The notes under the pieces are model-generated. The model searched no databases, was not told the DNA's origin, and was given only the letters and a program-made list of their open reading frames with translations. Position numbers and translations under genes: made by a program. From a virus (lineage: Duplodnaviria; Caudoviricetes), in IMG/VR virus record IMGVR_UViG_3300021962_000097, positions 788-64,787 of that record: 64,000 nt of DNA. One strand, 5' to 3'. This document shows, one piece after another, positions 22,038 to 30,229 of the stretch (its first letter is position 1; every line of letters begins with the position of its first letter).

Positions 22038-23044
22038 GTTTATTTAAAAAAATTGCCTGTTTTACAGACATACACTTTGGTCTTAAAAGTAATAGCCATA
22101 CACACAATCAAGATTGTTTAGATTTTGTTGATTGGTACATAGCAAAAGCTAAAGATGAAGGTTGTGACACTGGAATTTTTATGGGCGATTGGCATCACAA
22201 TCGAAATAGTCTTAATATCACTACTATGGACTATAGCCTTAGGGCTTTGGAAAAGCTAGGTAAGGCGTTTGATCAATTTTATTTTTTTCCTGGCAATCAT
22301 GATTTATACTATAAAGACAAACGTGATATTCATTCAGTTGAGTTTGGCAAATATATTCCCGGTGTTACTGTTGTTCACGAACCTACAACGATGGGCGATG
22401 TTCTACTTTGTCCGTGGCTAGTAGGGGATGAATGGCGCAAAGTAGAAAAGTCAAAGGCAAGATATTGCTTTGGACACTTTGAATTGCCCTTGTTCTATAT
22501 GAATGCCATGGTACAAATGCCAGATCACGGTGAAATACAGCTCAAACATTTTAAAAACTTTGAGCTAGGCTTTAGTGGGCACTTCCATAAACGCCAGCAA
22601 AGAGAAAATGTTATCTATATTGGTAATGCTTTTCCGCACAACTATGCAGATGCATGGGACGACGAACGTGGCATGATGATATTAGAGTGGGGCAAGCAGC
22701 CAGAATATCACACATGGGATGACCAGCCCAAGTTTAGAACTATTAAACTTAGCGAACTGATCGATGGTGCAGATAAAGTAATCAAATCTAAAATGCACTT
22801 TAGAGTAACCTTAGACATTGACATTAGCTACGAAGAAGCAAGTTTTATCAAAGAAACTTTTATGAAAGACTATGATATTCGTGAATTGACTCTAGTTCCT
22901 GCAAAGAAAGATGTCGAAGTTAACACTAATATTGACATACAAGCCTTTGAAAGCGTCGACGAAATTGTTAGTAAACAGATTATTAACATACAAAGTGAAC
23001 AATTTAAAGCCAATACACTATTGGCAATTTACAATAGCCTATGA
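22034..23044 (+). CDS. gp47: Recombination endonuclease subunit, gp47/Mre11/SbcD-like
   Basis: Metallophosphoesterase motifs TDIHFG, GDWHH, GNHD, GHFE, SGHFH; ATGA overlap with gp55. Confidence 0.93.
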   Translation: MSLFKKIACFTDIHFGLKSNSHTHNQDCLDFVDWYIAKAKDEGCDTGIFMGDWHHNRNSLNITTMDYSLRALEKLGKAFDQFYFFPGNHDLYYKDKRDIHSVEFGKYIPGVTVVHEPTTMGDVLLCPWLVGDEWRKVEKSKARYCFGHFELPLFYMNAMVQMPDHGEIQLKHFKNFELGFSGHFHKRQQRENVIYIGNAFPHNYADAWDDERGMMILEWGKQPEYHTWDDQPKFRTIKLSELIDGADKVIKSKMHFRVTLDIDISYEEASFIKETFMKDYDIRELTLVPAKKDVEVNTNIDIQAFESVDEIVSKQIINIQSEQFKANTLLAIYNSL

Positions 23045-24831
23045 TTCGCATTAAAGATTTAACCGTAAAGAACTTTATGAGTGTGGGTAACCAGACTCAA
23101 GCAGTGAACTTTTGTCGAGAACAGATGACTCTTGTACTAGGTGAGAACTTAGATCAGGGTGGAGACGACAGCGGAAGCCGCAACGGTACAGGTAAAACTA
23201 CAATTATCAATGCTTTGAGCTTTGCACTCTTTGGTCAAGCGTTAACTAACATCAAAAAAGATAACTTGATCAATAAGATCAACGTTAAAAATATGTTGGT
23301 CACGCTGACATTTGAAAAAGACGGACAAGAATATCGTATTGAACGTGGCCGCAAGCCCAATGTTCTAAGATTTTTTGTCAACGATCAAGAACAGGCCAAC
23401 GAAGAAACAGATGATGCACAGGGCGACATGCGAGAAACACAAAAGGATCTTGATGATATCCTAGGCATGAGCCACGACATGTTCAAACACGTTGTTGCAT
23501 TAAACACCTATACAGAACCGTTTTTATCTATGAAGGCGGGAGAACAGCGTGAAATTATTGAACAGTTACTGGGCATTACTCTACTTTCAGAGAAGGCAGA
23601 AGCTCTTAAAGAACTTATTCGCATCACTAAAGACGATATAATTCAAGAAACTGCTCAGATAGAAGCTACAAAAAAAGCCAACGAAAAAATTGAAGAAGGT
23701 ATTGCAGGATTAAAACGCAGACAAGACATGTGGTTGAAGAAACGCCAGGAAGATGTTGAGGCTCTAGCTCTACAGTGGTCTGAATTAAATCAATTAGATA
23801 TTATTGCAGAACTACAAGCGCATAAAGACTTAACTGAGTATAATCAAAAGCGTAAAGCCATTGACGAACTTAACAAACTTATTGCTCGCTGTGTTGCAGA
23901 CGAAGCAAAAGAAACTAAACAAATTGAAAAATTAAAGAAAGAGATTGCAGAATTAGAAAATCATAAATGCTATGCCTGCGGTCAAGACATGCATGATGCA
24001 AAGCACGAGCAAGTGCTAGCAGAAAAGCAAACAGCATTGCGAGAAGCAGCACTACAGGCGTTGGCCACTAACGGTCAGTGGATGGAGAATACAGATGCGC
24101 TTAATGCTCTAGGAGAACTAGGTGTTCAACCTACAGTGTTTTACAGTCGTGAAGAAGATGCTATCAATCATAGAAATACAATTCAAAATCTCGAACAACA
24201 GATAACTGCTAGAGAATCAGATCAAGATCCTTATCAAGAGCAAATTGATGAACTAAGTGAAACTGCTCTACAAGAAATTAGTTGGGATAAGGTAAATGAT
24301 TTGAATGATCTTAAAGAGCATCAAGAATTTCTGTTAAAATTGCTGACCAGCAAAGACAGTTTTATCCGTAAAAAAATTATTGATCAGAATTTGGCCTACT
24401 TAAACAATAGGCTGACTTACTATCTTGACAAAATGGGACTACCGCACACTGTAACATTCCTAAATGATCTTACTGTAGAAATTACACAGCTTGGACAAGA
24501 TTTAGACTTTGACAACTTGTCACGCGGTGAACGTAATCGTTTGATTCTAGGACTAAGCTGGAGTTTCCGTGATGTATGGGAAAGTCTATATCAAAATATT
24601 AATTTGTTGTTTATTGATGAGCTTATTGACAACGGTTTAGATGCCAGTGGCGTTGAAAGTGCATTGGCTGTACTAAAGAAAATGGCACGTGAACGCAACA
24701 AAAACATATATTTGATCAGTCACAAAGATGAATTAATTGGTAGAGTAAACAACGTTCTTAAAGTAATTAAAGAAAACGGGTTTACTAGTTATGATAACGA
24801 CCTTGAAGTATTAGATGAGCAGCAAGCATGA
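23041..24831 (+). CDS. gp46: Recombination ATPase subunit, gp46/Rad50/SbcC-like
   Basis: KNFMSVGN, Walker A NGTGKTT, coiled coil with CYAC zinc hook, signature LSRGE, Walker B LFIDE, ISH. Confidence 0.95.
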   Translation: MIRIKDLTVKNFMSVGNQTQAVNFCREQMTLVLGENLDQGGDDSGSRNGTGKTTIINALSFALFGQALTNIKKDNLINKINVKNMLVTLTFEKDGQEYRIERGRKPNVLRFFVNDQEQANEETDDAQGDMRETQKDLDDILGMSHDMFKHVVALNTYTEPFLSMKAGEQREIIEQLLGITLLSEKAEALKELIRITKDDIIQETAQIEATKKANEKIEEGIAGLKRRQDMWLKKRQEDVEALALQWSELNQLDIIAELQAHKDLTEYNQKRKAIDELNKLIARCVADEAKETKQIEKLKKEIAELENHKCYACGQDMHDAKHEQVLAEKQTALREAALQALATNGQWMENTDALNALGELGVQPTVFYSREEDAINHRNTIQNLEQQITARESDQDPYQEQIDELSETALQEISWDKVNDLNDLKEHQEFLLKLLTSKDSFIRKKIIDQNLAYLNNRLTYYLDKMGLPHTVTFLNDLTVEITQLGQDLDFDNLSRGERNRLILGLSWSFRDVWESLYQNINLLFIDELIDNGLDASGVESALAVLKKMARERNKNIYLISHKDELIGRVNNVLKVIKENGFTSYDNDLEVLDEQQA

Positions 24832-25069
24832 TGATATAATGAGTGCGTTTCGAACTTATTTCGAAGCAAACCAAAAGTGGGAAGTAGAAAGGACCAAACG
24901 GTCTTCTATACAACTACGGCAAAGTCTAAGTAGAATTAGAGAACTATGCTCAGATCAGCGTGTAATTGTACGTGAGTGGGCAAGGATTAAAGAGGCAGAA
25001 CTAGCAGAAAAAGAAGCAAGAAGACAGGCTCAAAAGAGGCAGAAGACGGAAGGCAGCAATGATAACTAA
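24815..25069 (+). CDS. Small basic helical protein, possibly Hc1 (histone H1-like)-related
   Basis: 84 aa, Arg/Lys-rich; ENxKW/F..K.S..xRxxL..I..L....R pattern recalls phage Hc1-like proteins; overlaps the gp46 end by 17 nt. Confidence 0.5.
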   Translation: MSSKHDDIMSAFRTYFEANQKWEVERTKRSSIQLRQSLSRIRELCSDQRVIVREWARIKEAELAEKEARRQAQKRQKTEGSNDN

Positions 25070-25074
25070 GTGCC

Positions 25075-25500
25075 ATGACATGGTACTTCCAAAATGAAAT
25101 CGTTGAATCGCTGCCCGAAGATTGCGTTGGGTTTGTATATCTAATTACAAATCTTACCACAGGCAGAAAATATATAGGCAAAAAATTAGCCAAATTTAGT
25201 AAAACAACATATAAAACAGTAAAATTAAAAAACGGAAGTAAAAAGAAAAAGAAAATTCGAAGCAAAATTGACTCCGATTGGAGAGATTATTACGGTTCGA
25301 ATATAGAATTAAGCAAAGACATAGAGACACTAGGCAAAGAAAATTTCAAACGAGAGATAATGTTTTACTGTAAAAGTAAAGCAGAATGTTCTTACATAGA
25401 GGCCAGAGAACAATTTACACACAAAGTTCTAGAATCAAAAGATTACTATAACGGACAGATCTCAGTCCGTGTACATGGCTCACATATATTAAAATCATAG
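25075..25500 (+). CDS. Stand-alone GIY-YIG endonuclease-family protein
   Basis: GFVYLITN..GRKYIGKK, DWRDYYGS, FKREI, E in YIEAREQ, YYNGQI; 141 aa with a poly-Lys insert. Confidence 0.88.
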   Translation: MTWYFQNEIVESLPEDCVGFVYLITNLTTGRKYIGKKLAKFSKTTYKTVKLKNGSKKKKKIRSKIDSDWRDYYGSNIELSKDIETLGKENFKREIMFYCKSKAECSYIEAREQFTHKVLESKDYYNGQISVRVHGSHILKS

Positions 25501-25935
25501 GCTCATAAGCGGTATAAGCAAGCACAAGCTAAAGTCGTGTGCCCACGCCAACTCGATAATAAGAGGGACGGAAATCTCTAGCCGCCAGAGTACTCAACCA
25601 CTACCCGAAAGGATGAGGATAGCAAAGCCCTTGCTGTTTGGTTGTTTTAGAATAATAGGCGAAATGAGGGAGAAAAACCCACGTTTACTGGCATGTTAGC
25701 GTATGCAAGTAGACCGCCGTCGTAATAAAGACTCTGCTCGTGGTACCGGACGACCGCCACTGTAATGCAGTAACGCTAGGTGACACATGTTCGACTCGGA
25801 TAATGTACACTTCTTTGCCCGGCCTGGGCAAAGTGTGACTGAACGATCTGGATAATATATTAAGTGCTTCGCACAATTACTTCTAGAAAAAAGCATTGAG
25901 CGTAGCGAAATGCAAGTGAGCTCTAGCTCACTTTT
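25501..25935 (+). ncRNA. Candidate large structured non-coding element (RNA or ssDNA), family unknown
   Basis: Longest non-coding gap in the window; 173/360 GC (48%) over 25501-25860 by hand count; more than 10 predicted helices, multi-way junctions and two possible pseudoknots; ends in a terminator-like hairpin. Confidence 0.65.
25914..25935 (+). terminator. Hairpin / probable intrinsic terminator
   Basis: AAGTGAGC-TCTA-GCTCACTT perfect stem running into TTTT. Confidence 0.6.
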
Positions 25936-25937
25936 AA

Positions 25938-25943
25938 TAAATA
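25938..25943 (+). promoter_or_regulatory. Putative late promoter TAAATA
   Basis: AATAAATA just after the terminator, 20 nt before ATG 25964. Confidence 0.55.
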
Positions 25944-25963
25944 GATTATTATTCAATGATCTT

Positions 25964-26893
25964 ATGAAATTTAAAGAAATTATCTCAGAAGCTAATAGAC
26001 AAGGAAGTGGTCTATTAGGTCCGATGGTTACAACTCCTTCTGGTATACAGATACCTATGTGGCCTAGTGCCAGTTTATCTGCTAGGTCAAGTCCTCCTCC
26101 TGCACCTAAGACAAAGACCGGTGGTGAAAAACTCACGCAGTACTCTAAGATACTTGGTAAAAAAGGTCTTAGAATATTGGGCAGCGATAGATATCGCCCT
26201 TATCTTACCAGTAAGAGCGACGCAATAAAAAATGGTGCAAGATTTCTAAGAATATGGCAATTTCTTGGCTTTGGGGAAATGCTGTTAGATTTCTTCAATA
26301 CCAAGGCAACCTTAGAAATAATGAAAGGCCTTCCAAACAACGATCCCAGTTATATCACTGAAGAAGAATATGATACTAATGTTAGACAAGCTGGAGAAAT
26401 ACTAGCCTTACAAATACTAGCCAGTGAAGCATTTCCTAGACTATTACAGGCTATGAGCTTAGGTAAATGGATAGTAAGGATCATAGGGTTTTTTGGTACA
26501 GCAGCTAGTTGGGGCGCAACACTTGCACTTTTTGTAGCTTCTGAAGTGGCTATGATAGCGTTTCAAAGGTGGTTAATGAGCCCTGAGGGTAAAAAAGCTC
26601 TAAGTTATTTGGTAGTCTACTGTGTAGATCCCTTGCTTACTTGGATGTATCCTACAAGTTTAATCAACAAGATCAAAGAGCTAGTGGGCATGGAACAGGA
26701 TAAAAAGCCAGACGAAACAAAGCCTGATGATGGCAACAAACCTTCTACAAATTCAAATCAAGCTGCACAACCCGACACCGGTGCAAGAACAGATACTACT
26801 ATAAGAACACCAAATGTACCTTCTAGCTATCAAGGTAATCCTAACGATCTAATGACGAAGCCACCTAAAAAAGAGCCTTTGCCCTTTAGTTAA
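25964..26893 (+). CDS. Hypothetical protein with hydrophobic helices; possible head-internal/ejected protein
   Basis: Start moved from 25910 (inside the terminator) to MKFKEIISEA at 25964; hydrophobic segment WIVRIIGFFGTAASWGATLALFVASEVAMIAF; Pro/Thr-rich tail. Confidence 0.7.
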   Translation: MKFKEIISEANRQGSGLLGPMVTTPSGIQIPMWPSASLSARSSPPPAPKTKTGGEKLTQYSKILGKKGLRILGSDRYRPYLTSKSDAIKNGARFLRIWQFLGFGEMLLDFFNTKATLEIMKGLPNNDPSYITEEEYDTNVRQAGEILALQILASEAFPRLLQAMSLGKWIVRIIGFFGTAASWGATLALFVASEVAMIAFQRWLMSPEGKKALSYLVVYCVDPLLTWMYPTSLINKIKELVGMEQDKKPDETKPDDGNKPSTNSNQAAQPDTGARTDTTIRTPNVPSSYQGNPNDLMTKPPKKEPLPFS

Positions 26894-27105
26894 ATCAAAG
26901 GCATTTGAGTTTTTTCTGTAATTTCAATATTCTCTTTGATAATTTTGCTTAGGATTTCACGATCTTCGTAGCTGTAGATGTAGAGTAGATCGTTAACAGT
27001 GACGCCACCTCGCATGTACCAACTGGTTCTAAACATACTTTCTTTAAGATCTTTAGCACTGTTGTCAATGCCCACTAGATAGGCTTCTATGTCAGAGTTT
27101 GGCAT
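26890..27105 (-). CDS. Baseplate/tail assembly chaperone C-part, gp51-like (probably expressed as a frameshift fusion)
   Basis: 71 aa, WYMRGG..L...YEDREI...IKENIE pattern; in the -1 frame of the upstream gene, no evident RBS. Confidence 0.65.
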   Translation of the reverse strand: MPNSDIEAYLVGIDNSAKDLKESMFRTSWYMRGGVTVNDLLYIYSYEDREILSKIIKENIEITEKTQMPLI

Positions 27106-27110
27106 TTCGA

Positions 27111-27935
27111 TTAAACGCCGACGAAAAAATTTGATTGATCCATTTGAATTGCAACACTGCTTTCATGGTCGCATGAGTCGCACTTGACCTGCATGTCGGG
27201 CACTCGCCAAGTTTGATTATTTTTGTCTATCTGCGCTTTGATAGCATCAAACATGCTTTTCTCACTGTTGACAATCCACTCCGTGATATACTCTCGCTCG
27301 TTTACCGCTCCAGTAGGTGCTTGCACACTGTCAATGCTGGCTATGTAAGATTCGTTTTGGATTACAGCCAACTTTTCATAGAGTTCAGCTATTATTTTAT
27401 TTTTAGCATCTTCATCTTCTATGGTCAATGCTTGCCGTAGCTGCCTTTGCAGTTCAAAGTTTTTTAAGTTAAAGTCAGTCATAGACTTATAATCTAGAGG
27501 ACGTATAAAGATTGTCAACTCCTCAACAGACACTCTATTATCATATTTGCAGTTACTGAAATGATCTACTAATGTCATTAGGTCAACGGTATAGTCATTT
27601 TCTGCTGCACAATTTGGACAGATATGTCCCACAGTCATATTAGTACCGTAGGTAGCTATGCGTATGGATATTAAGAGTAGATCAAGATCAAGATTGCAGA
27701 CTTCCCAAGCATTTCTAATATTGGGCACACAGCTTTGTATAACTCTAACTGTGGCTTCTCCATTCATCAATGCATCTGGAGTTTTGAGCAGAAGTTCGTC
27801 CATGCCAGTCATTGACATAACAGGCAGTTGTCCTGCAGCATTGTCTATGGCATCAGCACTAGAGTATATGCCCTGACTGGGCAATTGAATAAAAATTTTA
27901 GGCTGACGAAAATATTTTTGCAGCGGATTTGACAT
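27111..27935 (-). CDS. gp26: Baseplate hub assembly chaperone, gp26-like
   Basis: IQLPSQG, MTGMDELLLK, DLDLLLISIRIATYG, CPNC and CDSC pairs, C-terminal NFF. Confidence 0.78.
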   Translation of the reverse strand: MSNPLQKYFRQPKIFIQLPSQGIYSSADAIDNAAGQLPVMSMTGMDELLLKTPDALMNGEATVRVIQSCVPNIRNAWEVCNLDLDLLLISIRIATYGTNMTVGHICPNCAAENDYTVDLMTLVDHFSNCKYDNRVSVEELTIFIRPLDYKSMTDFNLKNFELQRQLRQALTIEDEDAKNKIIAELYEKLAVIQNESYIASIDSVQAPTGAVNEREYITEWIVNSEKSMFDAIKAQIDKNNQTWRVPDMQVKCDSCDHESSVAIQMDQSNFFVGV

Positions 27936-27950
27936 GTTTTTAACCTCAGA

Positions 27951-27973
27951 TAAATATAATACGAGTATTTATA
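27951..27973. promoter_or_regulatory. Pair of divergent late promoters
   Basis: TAAATA on + (27951-27956) and TATAAATA on - (27966-27973) in the 62-nt gap between divergent genes. Confidence 0.65.
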
Positions 27974-27997
27974 TACCCACTTTTTTGGTAAAAAATT

Positions 27998-30220
27998 ATG
28001 TCAATAACTAGAGACGAAATGTTAGAAGTCTTCCGTGAAGCCAACAGGCGAGGCTATCTAAGTGGTGGCAGCAGTGGAGGGACTCCAGCACCAACACCGG
28101 GTTCTGCACCCACTGGTTTTAATGAAGCCACCGAGGGTGCCAAACGAGCCATGAGTAAACTTGGGGATGTTTTACATGTAACAGGAGAAGAAGTCTACGA
28201 CGGTTTTAAAAAAATCAGCGATCAAAGTTACAAGTTAAACGATGCAACTAATAGTCTAGGTAGAATTTTTGGAGAAATGGGTGGTGCAGCCGGCCAAGCA
28301 GCTGGTACAGTTATACGAGATCTCGGTAACTACGGTCAGAGCACTGTGGAAAAATGGAGAGAAGTCAGCAAGTTTGGTGCTAGCTTTGGCAATGATGCTA
28401 TAGGTTTTAGAGCAGGTGCAGCACAAACTCGCATGAGCTTTGAAGAATATACTAGTTTTCTATCTAAAAATAAAGAAAGTCTAATAGGCCTAGGTTCATC
28501 AGTAACTGAAAGCGCAAGAGCATTTAACTCATTCTCAAAAGATTTCTTTGACACTGATACCGCAGATAAGATGCGGGCCATGGGGTATACTACAGAAGAA
28601 CTTAATGAGGTGTTGGTCAACAACATGGCCAGCCAACGATTAGTTAATCTCAATGAAAAAGAAGCACGTGGAGTGGCTATACGTGCGGCTGCAGATCTAG
28701 CTGAACAGATGGACGCTGTGGCCAAATTAACAGGCAAGAGCCGTCAAGAACAAGAAGAAGCTGCCCGCGCCAGAGCCACTGATGCACAGTATCAAGCTAT
28801 GGAAAAATTATCTTTAATGGGGCTAACCAATGAAGAAAAAGCAGCAAGATCAGCAGCTATACAGAGTATGCAGACTAGTGCTCATTCGCTAGGGCCTTCT
28901 ATCGAAGGTGTAGTTAAAGAAATGGCCACTGGCGGTGTACGCAGTAAAGAAGCTAGTGAACAAATGGCAGCTCTAGGACCAGCAGGACGTCAACTACAAG
29001 AAGCTGTTAATGCTGCTAAGAATGCTAAAACAGAAGAACAAAAAGCTGCTGCTGAAAGACTAATGGAAGATGCCAAGGCAGCAGTTATAGCACAACAAAA
29101 TACTACAGGCTATTTACAAGCACAACAGCTAGGCATTGGTGCATTTAAATCAGGTGCTGAAAGCACCATGGGCTACAGTAAGACTATGGATGCCATGGTT
29201 GTAGAAATGAATGCCACAAGGTCCAAAGACAATCAACTAAATCTTGCCAATGCTAAAGATGCTAAACTAGTTCAAGAAGAAATTAATAAACGAGCTAAAC
29301 TTGAACAAGAAGGTAAAACTAAAACCGGCGAACAAATAGAAGGTGCTGCTACTACAGATGCTATTGTTAAATTCCAAAGTCGTGCAGCAGATGCAGGGGC
29401 TGCTATTAATGCTAATCTTGTAGCACCTTTGAACGAAGCACTGGGCAAGAATATTAGAGAATACGGTGAGAGGAATGGTGATCCTTTACGAAATGTTAAA
29501 GATGGTGTGTCCTATAGAGCTCGGGTAGAAGCGCCTATAGCCGGCTTTACTCGATCTATAATAGGAGACGGTAATCAAGCCGCACAACCTCAAACTGTAA
29601 CTGATCCAACTACTGGACGAGAAAGACAAGTTCCTGATACAGTTGGAATGAATAGACAACGAGAATCTATGGTAAATCCTATGAACATGATAGGCAAACT
29701 AACCAATATGGATGTAACAACTCTAAATGTACTAGGTAAACTTAATCCAGGGGCTAGTAGACAGCATGGTAGTTTGGGAGAAACTGGTAACTTATTTGAG
29801 AATTTTGGATCCGGAACACTGGCCATGTTGCATGGACGAGAGTCCGTGATCACAGAAGATCAAATGAAAACATTTGTCAAAGGTGTACAGAGCAGTAATA
29901 TCGAAGGCACACTTAAATCCTTGTCATCAAATTTAAATACTATGGTGCCAAAATTACCTATGCCAAATATGGACAGACTGGGTAAAGAACAGGAAGTTGA
30001 AAGAAAACTAAATGCAATGTCACAATCTACAGCTGGCACAGCTGATAGATCAGCTGACCGAATGATGCTCGGAGATGCTAGCCTCTCTGACCTAGGTGAC
30101 AAGTTAGATCTGTTAAATAATAGTATTAATCAGTTAGTCGCACTATCAGCACAATCAGTAGAAGTCAGCACTAAGCAGGTTAAAGTCACCAAAGGATTGA
30201 GCGGAAACTTATTCGCCTAA
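27998..30220 (+). CDS. Probable tail tape-measure protein
   Basis: 740 aa, Ala/Glu/Gln-rich helical; C-terminal ENFGSGTLAMLHGRESVIT; next to gp26/gp51-like chaperones. Confidence 0.7.
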   Translation: MSITRDEMLEVFREANRRGYLSGGSSGGTPAPTPGSAPTGFNEATEGAKRAMSKLGDVLHVTGEEVYDGFKKISDQSYKLNDATNSLGRIFGEMGGAAGQAAGTVIRDLGNYGQSTVEKWREVSKFGASFGNDAIGFRAGAAQTRMSFEEYTSFLSKNKESLIGLGSSVTESARAFNSFSKDFFDTDTADKMRAMGYTTEELNEVLVNNMASQRLVNLNEKEARGVAIRAAADLAEQMDAVAKLTGKSRQEQEEAARARATDAQYQAMEKLSLMGLTNEEKAARSAAIQSMQTSAHSLGPSIEGVVKEMATGGVRSKEASEQMAALGPAGRQLQEAVNAAKNAKTEEQKAAAERLMEDAKAAVIAQQNTTGYLQAQQLGIGAFKSGAESTMGYSKTMDAMVVEMNATRSKDNQLNLANAKDAKLVQEEINKRAKLEQEGKTKTGEQIEGAATTDAIVKFQSRAADAGAAINANLVAPLNEALGKNIREYGERNGDPLRNVKDGVSYRARVEAPIAGFTRSIIGDGNQAAQPQTVTDPTTGRERQVPDTVGMNRQRESMVNPMNMIGKLTNMDVTTLNVLGKLNPGASRQHGSLGETGNLFENFGSGTLAMLHGRESVITEDQMKTFVKGVQSSNIEGTLKSLSSNLNTMVPKLPMPNMDRLGKEQEVERKLNAMSQSTAGTADRSADRMMLGDASLSDLGDKLDLLNNSINQLVALSAQSVEVSTKQVKVTKGLSGNLFA

Positions 30221-30229
30221 ACATAAAAT

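Noticed and set aside
25498-25725. Possible TAG recoding/readthrough: the GIY-YIG gene ends in TAG and its frame continues through two more TAGs to a TAA
   Set aside because: Multi-kb ORFs are intact in the standard code, so TAG is not reassigned; the GIY-YIG domain is already complete at the stop
25501-25935. tRNA, tmRNA, RNase P or group I intron identity for the structured element (contains GTTCGACTC)
   Set aside because: The GTTCGACTC has no 5-bp T-stem or acceptor/CCA end; no GAGGAAAGTCC RNase P motif; no recognisable group I P7 (R/S) sequences; flanking genes are not interrupted. An Rfam scan is still needed to exclude these formally
25685-26136. Minus-strand ORFs of 63 and 146 aa across the structured region
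   Set aside because: No RBS or recognisable motifs, atypical composition; they overlap a better plus-strand gene and the hairpin array
30114-30119. TAAATA inside the tape-measure 3' end as the portal promoter
   Set aside because: Plausible, but the hexamer is common in AT-rich coding DNA; not supportable without TSS data
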